Shown: positions 49,566 to 61,099, counted from the stretch's first letter. The stretch: 64,000 nucleotides of DNA from an uncultured bacterium (GCA_963764045.1 CAVXQW010000013.1:40-64039); one strand, 5' to 3'. Numbers and translations: made by a program. The notes: a model not told the origin generated them from the letters alone.

Positions 49566-49794
49566 GGCCCCAAAGAGTTCGCTTGCGGATCCGGCGCCAA
49601 GGTGGTATGGTGCCGTCAGTTCAAATATCCCAGACGCAATCCTCTCCCCCAAGGGTCCTTTCGAAGGAGCAGCCCGGCACCCCGGCCGGGTCATCCAGCT
49701 TCTCCCGAGATTTCACCATGCGGAAGATCGGACGGGCACACAGTCCCGCCCACCGGTTGTGCTTGGTGAAAAAAACGTCAGGAGAAGAGAGAAG

Positions 49795-51190
<1,396 letters not shown>

Positions 51191-51231
51191 CGAGAAGATT
51201 CACGCCGATCGACGGTAAAGGGAGGATCCCC

Positions 51232-52845
51232 TTGAGCGGACCGATCAACGGAAACCGGGCGGACGATCTGTCCTTCCACGGAATCCGGAAGGCCGAGGCC
51301 GTCTGGTGGAATCTCTCGGGATCGGCGCTGCTCGAGCAGTCGCTGCGGCGACGCGAAGGGCATCTGGCGGCGTCCGGTCCCCTCGTCGTGCGGACTGGCG
51401 AATATACGGGCCGGTCCCCCAACGACCGCTTCTTCGTGCGGGAGCCCGGGAGCGAGGGGACGATCCATTGGGGGAAGACGAACCGCCCCTTCGACACCGA
51501 CAAGTACGAGGCGCTCCGTGCGCGGCTTCTCTCCTACCTCGAGGGGAGGGAACTCTTCGTCCAGGATTGCCACGTGGGCGCGGACGACGGGCATCGGCTG
51601 CCGATCCGGGTCATCACCGAGATCGCGTGGCACGCCCTGTTCGCCAGGAACATGTTCCTCCCCGTGACGGACCGGGAGGCGCTTTCGGGCCACGTCCCCG
51701 GGTTCACGGTCATCAGCGCGCCCGGATTCCACTCCCGCCCCGAGATGGACGGGACGCGGAGCGAAGTCTTCATCCTGATCCACTTCGGGCGCAAGGAGGT
51801 GCTGATCGGCGGCACCCTGTACGCGGGCGAGACGAAGAAGTCGATCTTCACCGTGATGAACTACCTCCTCCCCGCGGCGGGGGTCCTTCCGATGCACTGC
51901 GCGGCCAGCTACGGGCGCGACGACCAGGACGTGGCGGTCCTCTTCGGCCTCTCGGGAACGGGGAAGACGACCCTCTCCGCCGACCCGGAGCGGACGCTGG
52001 TGGGCGACGACGAGCACGGCTGGAGCGACCGCGGCGTCTTCAACTTCGAAGGGGGGTGCTACGCCAAGGTGATCCACCTCTCCCCCGGCATGGAACCGGA
52101 GATCCACCGGACGACCGGGATGTTCGGGACGATCCTTGAAAACGTGGGAATGGACATCGAGGGGCGACGGATCGACCTGGACGACGCGACCCTTACGGAA
52201 AACACCCGGGCCTCCTACCCGCTCTCCTCCATTCCCCGGGTGGCACTCCGCGGCGCGGTCGGCCATCCGAAGCATATCGTGATGCTGACGGCGGACGCCT
52301 TCGGGGTTCTTCCGCCGATCTCCTCGATGACGGCCGACCAGGCGATGTACCATTTCCTCTCCGGATATACCGCCAAGGTCGCCGGGACCGAACAGGGGAT
52401 CGTGGAGCCGCAGGCCACGTTCAGCACCTGTTTCGGTGGCCCGTTCATGCCTTTAGCCCCTTCCGTCTACGCGAAACTCCTCGGGGAGAAGGTCGCCGCG
52501 CACGACGTCAAGGTCTGGCTGGTCAACACGGGGTGGACCGGCGGTCCGTACGGCACGGGGCACCGGATGGAGATCGGCCACACCAAGGCGATGCTCCGGG
52601 CCGCGCTCTCCGGGAAGCTGGACGGCGTCGAGATGCGGGTGGATCCGGTGTTCGGGTTGCGCGTGCCCGCGACCTGCCCGGGCGTGCCGTCCGAGGTCCT
52701 GGACCCGAGGTCGACATGGAAGGATGGCGCGGCGTATGACCGGACCGCGCGAAAACTGGCCGGGATGTTCCAGGAGAACTTCGCCCAGTACGCCGATCAG
52801 GTGACGCCCGAGGTCCGGGCAGCGGGTTTCCGCAGCCCGGGCTGA
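51232..52845 (+). CDS. pckA: phosphoenolpyruvate carboxykinase (ATP)
   Basis: TGRSPNDRF, FGLSGTGKTTLS, GDDEHGW, FNFEGGCYAK, NTGWTGG. TTG start. Confidence 0.9.
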   Translation: MSGPINGNRADDLSFHGIRKAEAVWWNLSGSALLEQSLRRREGHLAASGPLVVRTGEYTGRSPNDRFFVREPGSEGTIHWGKTNRPFDTDKYEALRARLLSYLEGRELFVQDCHVGADDGHRLPIRVITEIAWHALFARNMFLPVTDREALSGHVPGFTVISAPGFHSRPEMDGTRSEVFILIHFGRKEVLIGGTLYAGETKKSIFTVMNYLLPAAGVLPMHCAASYGRDDQDVAVLFGLSGTGKTTLSADPERTLVGDDEHGWSDRGVFNFEGGCYAKVIHLSPGMEPEIHRTTGMFGTILENVGMDIEGRRIDLDDATLTENTRASYPLSSIPRVALRGAVGHPKHIVMLTADAFGVLPPISSMTADQAMYHFLSGYTAKVAGTEQGIVEPQATFSTCFGGPFMPLAPSVYAKLLGEKVAAHDVKVWLVNTGWTGGPYGTGHRMEIGHTKAMLRAALSGKLDGVEMRVDPVFGLRVPATCPGVPSEVLDPRSTWKDGAAYDRTARKLAGMFQENFAQYADQVTPEVRAAGFRSPG

Positions 52846-53801
52846 TCCGGTCCTCCCCCATCCGCGGCGGAGGGAGAGACCTCCTTGAACAGCGCCGCGA
52901 TCTCTCCCACGATGCCGCGGCGGAACGCCAGCACGCAGATGACGAAAATCGTACCGGTGATCACGATCACCCATTCGCCGATATTCGCCCCGTAGTTCTG
53001 CAGGCTGACCACGACGATCGCGCCGATCACGGGCCCGAATACCGTACCCATCCCGCCCAGCAGGGTCATCAACACCACTTCCCCCGACGTGTGCCAGTGC
53101 ACGTCGGTGAGGGACGCCAGCTGGAAGACCAGGGTCTTTGTCGCGCCCGCCAGGCCCGATAGGGCCGCCGAAAGCACGAATGCGGTCAATTTGTATTTTT
53201 CCACGTCATAACCGAGGGAAATCGCCCTCGGCTCGTTCTCCCGGATCGCCTTGAGCACCTGGCCGAAGGGGGAATGGATCGTCCGGTAGACGATCCAGAA
53301 TCCCGCCAGGAAGATCGCGAACACGAAGTAGTACATATACAGGGGTTGCATCAGGTCGATCACGCCGAACAGTTTGCCGCGAGGCACCCCCTGCAGCCCG
53401 TCCTCCCCCCCCGTGAACGGCATCTGCAGAAACATGAAGTACACCATCTGCGCCAGGGCCAGGGTGATCATCGCGAAGTAGATCCCCGAGCGCCGTATCG
53501 CCAGGCTTCCGATGACGTACCCGAGCGCCGCGGCCACCGCGGTGCCCGCGAGGACGCCAATCTCGGGTTGAACCCCGAGGGCTTTGACGGCATGGCCCGT
53601 GACGTACCCGGCGGTGCCGAGGAACGCCGCGTGTCCGAAGGAAAGCAGGCCGGTGTAGCCGAGGAGCAGGTTGAACGCACAAGCGAACAGGGCGAGACAC
53701 AGGATCTTCATCGCGAACACCGGGTACACGAGGAAGGGGGCAGCGAGACCGAACACGAAGAGCAGCCCCCACGCCGCGGCATTCATCTTGAGCGGGGGCA
53801 C
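52797..53801 (-). CDS. livM: branched-chain amino-acid-type ABC transporter permease (LivM-like)
   Basis: LLLGYTGLLSFGHAAFLGTGAY-type motif (LLLGYTGLLSFGHAAFLGTAGY), about 10 TM segments. The 3' end overlaps pckA convergently by 49 nt. Confidence 0.8.
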   Translation of the reverse strand: MPPLKMNAAAWGLLFVFGLAAPFLVYPVFAMKILCLALFACAFNLLLGYTGLLSFGHAAFLGTAGYVTGHAVKALGVQPEIGVLAGTAVAAALGYVIGSLAIRRSGIYFAMITLALAQMVYFMFLQMPFTGGEDGLQGVPRGKLFGVIDLMQPLYMYYFVFAIFLAGFWIVYRTIHSPFGQVLKAIRENEPRAISLGYDVEKYKLTAFVLSAALSGLAGATKTLVFQLASLTDVHWHTSGEVVLMTLLGGMGTVFGPVIGAIVVVSLQNYGANIGEWVIVITGTIFVICVLAFRRGIVGEIAALFKEVSPSAADGGGPDQPGLRKPAARTSGVT

Positions 53802-53804
53802 GCC

Positions 53805-54773
53805 TTACCGCTCCCTGCCGAACAGGCCCGCCGGCCGCACCAGCAGAACGATGGCCATGATCACGAAGATGGTCACCGCCGACGCCTCGGGGGAAAACAG
53901 GAGCTTGATCGGATAGACGATGGATCCCGCGACGGGCACCGAATCGAACGTCGCGCTGAGCAGGTTGGCGATCATCCCGGACTTGACGATCCCCTCGATC
54001 AGGCCGAGCCCGAGGCCGGTAACGATGGAACCCATGATCGAGCCCATGCCGCCGACCACAACGACCGCGAACACCGCGATGATGAGATTCGACCCCATCA
54101 ACGGGTTCACGTTGAAAATCGGGGCCGCCAGGACGCCGGCGAACGCGGCCAGCGCCACGCCGTACCCGTAGGTCAGCGTGATCATCAGCGGCACGTTGAT
54201 CCCGAACGCCTGCAGCAGCTGCGGATTTTCCGTGCCGGCCCTCAGATAGGAACCGAGCTTGGTGCGCTCGATGACGAACCACGTGCCGAAGCACACGGTC
54301 AACGAGGCCGCCACGACCCATACCCGGTACTTCGGCAGGAACATGAAGCCGAGGTTCTTCCCGCCCGCCAACCCTTCGGCCACTGGGTAACTTTCGCCCG
54401 AAATGCCGAACCGGTACCGGAAGAGGCCTTCGATGATCAGCGCAAGTCCGAACGTGAGGAGCAGCCCGTAAAGGTGATCCAGCTTGTAGAGCCGCTTCAG
54501 CATGCTGCGCTCCAGGAGCATGCCGAACGCTCCGACCAGCAGCGGCGAAAGCAGCAGCGCCCACCAGTAGTTGACGCCGAGATACCTCATCCCGATCCAG
54601 GCCAGGAACGCGCCCATCATGTATTGGGCGCCGTGGGCGAAGTTGATGATGTTCAGAAGGCCGAAGATGATCGCCAGCCCGAGGCTGAGGATCGCGTAAA
54701 AGGAGCCGTTGAGCAGGCCGACCAGCAGCTGGCCGAACAGGCCCTGAATCGACACTCCGAACAATCCGCTCAC
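53805..54773 (-). CDS. livH: branched-chain amino-acid-type ABC transporter permease (LivH-like)
   Basis: NGSFYAILSLGLAIIFGLLNIINFAHGAQYMMGAF. Confidence 0.8.
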   Translation of the reverse strand: MSGLFGVSIQGLFGQLLVGLLNGSFYAILSLGLAIIFGLLNIINFAHGAQYMMGAFLAWIGMRYLGVNYWWALLLSPLLVGAFGMLLERSMLKRLYKLDHLYGLLLTFGLALIIEGLFRYRFGISGESYPVAEGLAGGKNLGFMFLPKYRVWVVAASLTVCFGTWFVIERTKLGSYLRAGTENPQLLQAFGINVPLMITLTYGYGVALAAFAGVLAAPIFNVNPLMGSNLIIAVFAVVVVGGMGSIMGSIVTGLGLGLIEGIVKSGMIANLLSATFDSVPVAGSIVYPIKLLFSPEASAVTIFVIMAIVLLVRPAGLFGRER

Positions 54774-54855
54774 CCCCGGTATGAATGTCTGCGGGAACCT
54801 TCCCCGGAAAAATCCGGGGCGGAAGCCGGGGCCCCCGCCCCGCGAGCGGTCCGAC

Positions 54856-56076
54856 TTATTTCTTAACGAGCGGGCACATGCTCTTGGACAACGGCAGGAA
54901 CGCCTGGTCTCCCGGGATCGTCTGCCGGATATTGTAGTAGTCCCACGGATACTTGGAGTCCTCCGGTTTTTTCACCTGGGCCAGGTACATGTCGTGCACC
55001 ATCCGGCCGTCGTCCCGTATCTTGCCGTTCTTCGCGAAGAAGTCGTTGATCGGGGTCGCCTTCATCTTCGCCATCACGGCCTTCGTGTCGTCGGTCCCGG
55101 CGGCCTTCACCGCCTTCAGGTAGTGGTACACCGCCGAATAGTCCCCGGCCTGCACCATGGTCGGCATGTGGCGATTCTCCCAGAGGAAGCGCTTCGACCA
55201 GGCCCGGGTCTCGTCGTTCATGTCCCAGTAGAAACCGGTCGTCAGATACATCCCCTGCGTCGCCTTCAGCCCCAGGCTGTGAACGTCGGTGATGAACATC
55301 AGCAGCCCGGCCAGCGACTGCTTCGGCGTGATGCCGAATTCGGCCGCCTGCTTGATGGCGTTGATGGTATCGTTGCCGGCGTTGGCCAGGCCGATCACCT
55401 GGGCGCCCGAAGACTGCGCCTGCAGCAGGTACGAGGAGAAATCCTGGGCCGGGAACGGGTGCAGCACATGCCCCAGCACTTTGCCGCCCGCCTCGAGAAC
55501 CACCTCGGAGGTGTCCTTCTCCAGCGACTTCCCGAACGCGTAATCGGCGGTCAGGAAGAACCAGGTCTTCCCCCCCTGCTTCACCACCGCCCTCCCGGTC
55601 CCAACGGCCAGCGCGTAGGTGTCGTAGGTCCAGTGCACATTGGTGTCCGTGCACTGCTCGTTGGTGATCAGCGTGGAGGCGGCGCCCGAGACAAGGGTGA
55701 TCCGGTTCTTCTCCTTCGCCACCTTCATGACCGCCAGCGCGGTGGAGGTCGTCACCAGGTCGACGATCACGTCCACCTTCTCCGTGTCGATCCACTCCCG
55801 CGCCTTGATCGCCGCGATGTCCCCCTTGTTCTGGTGGTCCGCCGAGATGATCGCGATCTTGAAGTCCGGCTTCTCCTTGGCGATGAAGTCCGCGACCGCC
55901 ATCTGGACCGCGCGCAGCGACCCTGGCCCGGCCAGATCCGAATAGGTCCCCGACATGTCGGTCAATACCCCGATCTTCACTACCCCATCGGATGCCTTGG
56001 TTGCGGCCCCGGCGGTCGCGCTTACAAGGGCGACCAAGGCGGCGCAGATCAGTGCGCCTAGCAGCCTCCGTTTCAT
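54856..56076 (-). CDS. periplasmic substrate-binding protein, Leu/Ile/Val-binding (type I PBP) family
   Basis: Signal peptide MKRRLLGALICAALVALVSA followed by VKIGVLTDMSGTYSDLAGPGS... 406 aa. Confidence 0.8.
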   Translation of the reverse strand: MKRRLLGALICAALVALVSATAGAATKASDGVVKIGVLTDMSGTYSDLAGPGSLRAVQMAVADFIAKEKPDFKIAIISADHQNKGDIAAIKAREWIDTEKVDVIVDLVTTSTALAVMKVAKEKNRITLVSGAASTLITNEQCTDTNVHWTYDTYALAVGTGRAVVKQGGKTWFFLTADYAFGKSLEKDTSEVVLEAGGKVLGHVLHPFPAQDFSSYLLQAQSSGAQVIGLANAGNDTINAIKQAAEFGITPKQSLAGLLMFITDVHSLGLKATQGMYLTTGFYWDMNDETRAWSKRFLWENRHMPTMVQAGDYSAVYHYLKAVKAAGTDDTKAVMAKMKATPINDFFAKNGKIRDDGRMVHDMYLAQVKKPEDSKYPWDYYNIRQTIPGDQAFLPLSKSMCPLVKK

Positions 56077-56104
56077 CGTTTCGTCCTCCTTTTCCCGTTG
56101 GGTG

Positions 56105-56857
56105 TTAGACGCCGAGGTACTCGTGCAGCTTGCCGATCCGGGATGCGAGATCCTCCTTCTTCACCATCTCCACGATCCGCCCGTGCTCCATCACGTAGTG
56201 GCGGTCCGCCAGCCGCGCTGCGAAATGGAAATTCTGTTCCACCATGACGATGGTGAGACCCTTCTCCTTCAGTTCCCGGATGACCCGGCCGAGGGTCTGC
56301 ACGATGACGGGAGCCAGGCCTTCCGTGATCTCGTCCAGCAGAAGGAGGCTGGCCCCGGTGCGCAGGATCCGGGCCATCGCGAGCATCTGCTGCTCGCCGC
56401 CCGACAACCGGCTGCCCTGGATCTTCTTCCGCTCCGCCAGCTGTGGGAACATTTCATAGATTTCCTTGAGGCCCATGCCGCCGCTGGAGACGATTGGAGG
56501 AAGGAGCAGGTTCTCCTCCAGGGAAAGGCTGGCGTAGATGCCGCGCTCCTCGGGACAGTAGCCGAGGCCCAGGTGGGCGATCTTGTGCGTCGGAAGGCCG
56601 ACGACCTCTCTCCCGTTCACCACGATCGAACCGGTGCGCTTTCCCACCAGCCCGAGGATCGCTTTCAGCGTGGTGGTGCGCCCGGCGCCGTTGCGCCCCA
56701 GCAGCGTCACCAGCTCGCCGCGGTTCACCGTGAAATCGATGCCGTGCAGGATATGGGACTCTCCGTAGAAGGCGTGCAGGCCCGTGACCCGCAGGTATTC
56801 GAAACGGGGAAGAAAGGCGCTGATGCTGCTGACGGCGGTCTCCGTCGCGCTACTCAT
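56105..56857 (-). CDS. livF: ABC transporter ATP-binding protein (LivF-like)
   Basis: LLGRNGAGRTTTLKAI, LSGGEQQMLAMARIL, LLLLDEITEGL. Confidence 0.85.
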   Translation of the reverse strand: MSSATETAVSSISAFLPRFEYLRVTGLHAFYGESHILHGIDFTVNRGELVTLLGRNGAGRTTTLKAILGLVGKRTGSIVVNGREVVGLPTHKIAHLGLGYCPEERGIYASLSLEENLLLPPIVSSGGMGLKEIYEMFPQLAERKKIQGSRLSGGEQQMLAMARILRTGASLLLLDEITEGLAPVIVQTLGRVIRELKEKGLTIVMVEQNFHFAARLADRHYVMEHGRIVEMVKKEDLASRIGKLHEYLGV

Positions 56858-57617
56858 CGGCCGCCCCGACGTAGGCTTCGAGCACCTGGGGGTTTTTCGA
56901 AACCTCGTTGTAGGGCCCTTCGGCGAGGATGGAGCCCCGTTGCATGACCGTGATGGTGTCCGAAAGGTTCGCCACCACCGAAAGGTTGTGCTCCACCATC
57001 AGGACGGTGCGGTTGGCGGAAACCTTCCGGATCAGTTCAACGATCCGCCCGACATCTTCATGGCCCATCCCTTGCGTCGGTTCGTCGAGAAGCAACAGTT
57101 CCGGATTCATCGCCAGCGTGGTGGCAATTTCCAGGGCGCGCTTCCGCCCGTAGGGGAGCTCCACCGTGGTCACGGATGCGAAGGACGCGAGGTCCACCGC
57201 TTCGAGCAGTTCCATGGCGCGGTCGTTCAGTACGCTCAACGTGTTTTCCGACTTCCAGAAATGGAACGAGGTGCCGAGGCTTCGCTGAAGACCAATGCGT
57301 ACGTTTTCCAGGACCGTCAGGTGCGGAAACACCGCGGAGATCTGGAACGACCGGATCACGCCGCGGCGCGCGGTCTGCGCCGGTTTCTCCCGGGTGATGT
57401 CGATGCCGTTGAAGGAGATCGTGCCGCCGGTGGGGGGAAGGAATTTCGTGATCAGGTTGAAGACCGTCGTCTTGCCGGCCCCGTTCGGGCCGATCAGCGC
57501 ATGGATGGAACCTCTTTTAACCTTCAGGCTTACGTCGTTGACCGCAACGAACCCCCGGAACTCCTTGGTGAGGCCGCGCGTTTCCAGGATGTAGTCGTCG
57601 CCCGACAGGCTCCCCAC
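56850..57617 (-). CDS. livG: ABC transporter ATP-binding protein (LivG-like)
   Basis: LIGPNGAGKTTVFNLI, LPYGRKRALEIATTLA, LLLLDEPTQGM. Confidence 0.85.
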   Translation of the reverse strand: MGSLSGDDYILETRGLTKEFRGFVAVNDVSLKVKRGSIHALIGPNGAGKTTVFNLITKFLPPTGGTISFNGIDITREKPAQTARRGVIRSFQISAVFPHLTVLENVRIGLQRSLGTSFHFWKSENTLSVLNDRAMELLEAVDLASFASVTTVELPYGRKRALEIATTLAMNPELLLLDEPTQGMGHEDVGRIVELIRKVSANRTVLMVEHNLSVVANLSDTITVMQRGSILAEGPYNEVSKNPQVLEAYVGAADE

Positions 57618-57851
57618 GATCCGTCCTCCGCCGTTTTATATTCCAGCGACAAATAAAGCCCGGAGTTGCGATCCCGAGGCGGGGAGAAATCGTACGCCTC
57701 GCATACTTCCACAACAACATATCAAACAACGGGATACGCCAGATATTTTACGGGAAATCCACAAAACGCCATTTGCATACGGACCGATGTTCCGCCGGCA
57801 TCTTTCCCGATAGTATATTCCATCCGTGGATTCCGATCATGAGATGTAATT

Positions 57852-57860
57852 TGGTAGAAT
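57852..57860 (+). promoter_or_regulatory. extended -10 promoter candidate for the ACT-domain gene
   Basis: TGGTAGAAT (TGn + TAGAAT) lies about 60 nt upstream of ATG 57921. The -35 element is weak. Confidence 0.3.
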
Positions 57861-57920
57861 GATGTTTCAAAAGTTCCGACAACGCAGACGCGCTCCCGGG
57901 CGGGGCGCTAAGGAGGGACC

Positions 57921-58331
57921 ATGGGCGACATCATCCGCAAGGTCGACTATTTCAAGGCGCAGGTGCCGAACAAGACCGGCGAAGGGGCGAGGATCCTCTC
58001 GGCGCTTCGCGGCGAAGGGATCGACCTCCTCTTCTTCACCGGCTTTCCCCGGGGACGCGCCGCCCAGATCGATTTCGTCCCCAAGAACGGACCGGCCTTC
58101 CGGAAGGCGGCGAGGAAGATCGGACTCGCGGTGACGAAGAATACCGCTTTCCTGGCTCAGGGTCAGGACCGCAAGGGCGCGATCGCCGGAATCGTGTCGA
58201 AGCTGGCGGATGCGGGGGTGAACATTACCGCGCTCGACGCCGTCGCAGCGGGCGAAGGCCGGTACGGGGCGATCCTGTGGGTCAAGCCGGCGGAGGTCCG
58301 GAAGGCGGCGAAAGCCCTGGGGGCGAAGTGA
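57921..58331 (+). CDS. tandem ACT-domain small protein
   Basis: 136 aa. Two ferredoxin-like halves: VDYFKAQVPNKTGEGARILSALRGEGIDLL and FLAQGQDRKGAIAGIVSKLADAGVNITAL. Confidence 0.6.
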   Translation: MGDIIRKVDYFKAQVPNKTGEGARILSALRGEGIDLLFFTGFPRGRAAQIDFVPKNGPAFRKAARKIGLAVTKNTAFLAQGQDRKGAIAGIVSKLADAGVNITALDAVAAGEGRYGAILWVKPAEVRKAAKALGAK

Positions 58332-58339
58332 GGAGGGCC

Positions 58340-59044
58340 CTACTCCCTCCTCCCCTGCAACCGAAGGAGCATCAGGAAGAGGTTGACGAAATCGAGGTAT
58401 AAGGTCAGCGCCCCGAGGATCGAGAGGTTGGCAAGCACATTGCCGTACTCCGGGGTCTCGGCCATCCGTTTCAGCTTCCAGGTGTCGTAGGCCGACAGCC
58501 CTACGAAGACCAGGACACCGATGTAGGTGGTGATCCAGTAGACCGCCTCGCTTTTGAGAAAAAGATTTACCACCGACGCGATGACGATCCCGAACAGACC
58601 CATGACGACGAAGCTGCCGAACCCCGTCAGGTCCCGTTTCGTCGCCATGCCGTACGCGCTCATCGCCCCGAACGTCGCCGCCGACACCATGAACGTGGAC
58701 GCGATCGACCCCGCCGTGTAAACCAGGAAGATGGAAGCGAGGGTGACGCCGTTCAGCCCCGCGAACAGCAGGAACGTTCCCTTCGCCGCCGCCGCGGACA
58801 TCGTCATGACCCGCGAGCTCAGGTAGAAGACCAACCCGAGCTCCCCGAGGATGAGGCCGAAGTATACGAACTTCGCCCCGAAGATGAACTTCATCGCCGA
58901 GGGGGACGCGAGGAGCGCGAACGACGCGACGGCCGACACGAGCAGCCCGAGCGCCATCCATCCGTATACTCTCGGGAAGAAGGAAGCCTTCTCCAGCGTG
59001 ATTGCCGACGACGGGGTCGGCCTTGCCTGCATATCAAAATCCAT
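58340..59044 (-). CDS. Bax-inhibitor-1/YccA-family membrane protein
   Basis: 7-TM protein FFPRVYGWMALGLLVSA..GLSAYDTWKLKRM..LGALTLYLDFVNLFLMLLRL. GGAGGAGG Shine-Dalgarno before ATG 59044. The longer ORF 58340-59821 is an over-extension. Confidence 0.8.
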   Translation of the reverse strand: MDFDMQARPTPSSAITLEKASFFPRVYGWMALGLLVSAVASFALLASPSAMKFIFGAKFVYFGLILGELGLVFYLSSRVMTMSAAAAKGTFLLFAGLNGVTLASIFLVYTAGSIASTFMVSAATFGAMSAYGMATKRDLTGFGSFVVMGLFGIVIASVVNLFLKSEAVYWITTYIGVLVFVGLSAYDTWKLKRMAETPEYGNVLANLSILGALTLYLDFVNLFLMLLRLQGRRE

Positions 59045-59157
59045 TACAACCTCCTCCATGAAACGTGCGATTTTTCCAGTGTCATTCTCGCACATTCGCG
59101 GAAATGGCGGTTCACGTGAAATCGGCCGCGCGGGACATCCTCGTGGGGCACCGTTCC

Positions 59158-59319
59158 TCATTCGAGCAGTCTTCGGGTGATTTTCCACCCGACGTAGAAG
59201 CCGAGGATACTCGCGAACCCGCTCGCGAAATACGCGGTCATGAACCCGATCTTTTCGCCCAGCACCCATCCGATCCAGCCGAACACCGTCGAAACCACGA
59301 GTGCGAGCAGGTTTTTCAA
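59158..59319 (-). CDS. small (53 aa) two-TM hydrophobic protein, not in the supplied ORF track
   Basis: TTG 59319 is preceded by AGGAGAGAGGGG. By-eye translation gives (M)KNLLALVVSTVFGWIGWVLGEKIGFMTAYFASGFASILGFYVGWKITRRLLE, with a stop at 59158-59160. Confidence 0.4.
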   Translation of the reverse strand: MKNLLALVVSTVFGWIGWVLGEKIGFMTAYFASGFASILGFYVGWKITRRLLE

Positions 59320-59376
59320 TAAGTCCCCTCTCTCCTATTTGATGCCGGCGGGCCATCGCCCGTTGCCGCGGAAGGA

Positions 59377-61087
59377 TCATGGAGCGGATTCGATCCCGCC
59401 GATGTCCTGCTGCGCTTCCCAATCCTGAACGGCCGAGAGAACCTCTTCCGGTGTGCGGCACGATTGGATCTTGAGAAGGAGGTGCCGGTTCCGGGAAATC
59501 CGCGCCAGGATCCCCAGGATCCGGACCTGCGTGTCGGGAGACTCCGCAGGCGTAAGAACCAGGAAGATGTACTCCACCGGCTTTTCGAGGGAAACATCCT
59601 CCACCCCCTGCCGGGTGACGCCCACGGCGACGACGGGATGACCGAGGGCCTCTACACGCGCGTGGGGGAACGCGACCCCCTCGTTGAAAAACGTCGACCC
59701 CTCTTCCTCCCTTTTCTGGATCAGGCCGAGGATCGCCGCGGGATCCCCGATGCCGCGGCCGGCGGCCGCGGCATCCACCAACGTGCGTAGCGCGATCTCC
59801 TTCCGGACCGGCTGGTTCCATATCACGACGCCGCGCGGGCTGATCAGGCTGCTCAGGGCCGGGAGCTTCGATCCGGGGGGGCCGGTTCCTCCCGCGGCTT
59901 GCGCGGAAGACGCTACGCTTTCCCCCCTATCCGGGGTCGGCCGCGAGCGCGCCTCCTCTTCCTCCCGCGTATCGAGAACGACGACGGCCATCCCCCTCGC
60001 GTCGTGAATCAGACGGTCCACCGTGCTGCGCTCCCCCATCCATCGCTTCCAGGCGGGGACGGGGGTCGGGCTGCCGACGACGATGGTTCCCGCCCGGTAT
60101 TCCCGGGCGAATCGGAGAATGGTATCGGGGATGTCCTCCCCCTTGTACGTGAAGACCATCGCCCCCAGCTGCTTGGCGAGGGTCAGGGTGCCGGAGAGGA
60201 TGCTCTGCGTATGCGCATCGATGACCGTCGGCTCCTCGGAGGGGGTCTGCACGTAGACGGCGTACCAGTTCCGGTTGAGCTTTCCCGCCAGCCGGGAAGC
60301 GTACCGGAGCAGCGCCTCGCTCCGTGGACTGCGCGAGCTCAGGCACACCATGATCTGGTCCGGGGCCGCGAGGGCCTCCTCATCCGGGGTCTCCCGCCTG
60401 CGCTGGTCGATCTGAGATGCGAGCTCCCGAAGGGTCAGTTCCCGGAGCTTCTCGAGATTGGCCTCCTTGAAAAAGTTCTCCAGTGCCGTTTGGACCCGAT
60501 CCGGCGGGTAGATCTTCCCCTCCAGCAGGCGCTTCCGAAGATCCTCGGTCGTCAGGTCGACGTTGACGAGCTGGTCCGCCTCGGTCAAGCACCGTATCCG
60601 GGATCCGCTCGCGGATCCGGACGCGGGTCGCCTTCTCCACGACATCATAAAGACTCTCCAGGTGCTGGATGTTCAGCGTGGTGATGACGTGGATCCCCTC
60701 GGCCAGGATATCCTGGACATCCTGATACCGTTTCGGGTTCCGGCTTCCTGGAATGTTGGTGTGCGCCAATTCGTCGATGAGGGCCACCTGGGGCTTTCGG
60801 GCGAGGACGGCGTCGAGGTCCATCTCCTCGAGGAGCACGCCCCGGTATTCCTGGCGGCGGCGCGGGACAACGTCGAGTCCATCGATCAGCTTCGCGGTTT
60901 CCGCCCGGCCATGGGTCTCCACCAGTCCGGCGACGACGTCGATCCCCTCGTCCTTGAGGCGATGTCCTTCCAGGAGCATCTGGTACGTTTTCCCGACGCC
61001 GGCGCCGTACCCGAGGTACACCTTTAGCCGGCCGCGCCCCGCGCGGCGGATCAGTCGGAGAAACGTGTCGGCCCGCTCTTCCGGCAT
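59377..61087 (-). pseudogene. KdpD N-terminal sensor + Usp domain fused to a PTS EIIA(Ntr)-type domain; no histidine-kinase core; one frameshift near 60600-60650
   Basis: KdpD-N: GRLKVYLGYGAGVGKTYQMLLEGHRL..VALIDELAHTN..RYQDVQDILAEGIHVITTLNIQHLES (ORF 60380-61087). Usp: IMVCLSSRSPRSEALLRYASRLA..VVGSP. EIIA_2: FNEGVAFPHARVE..IFLVLTP (ORF 59377-60648). No TM, HisKA or HATPase segments are present. Confidence 0.75.
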
Positions 61088-61099
61088 CGCGGCTACAGT

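Noticed and set aside
46956-49694. 912-aa minus-strand ORF
   Set aside because: It is a composite. Its lower part is a real secreted protein (46956-47735). Its middle is part of the frameshifted AKR. Its upper part is antisense to the DUF1499 gene.
52797-52845. 49-nt convergent overlap of the pckA and livM 3' ends
   Set aside because: It is most likely a slightly over-extended C-terminus of the livM-like ORF, whose tail is non-conserved and Pro/Gly/Ala-rich. It is not treated as an antisense regulatory arrangement.
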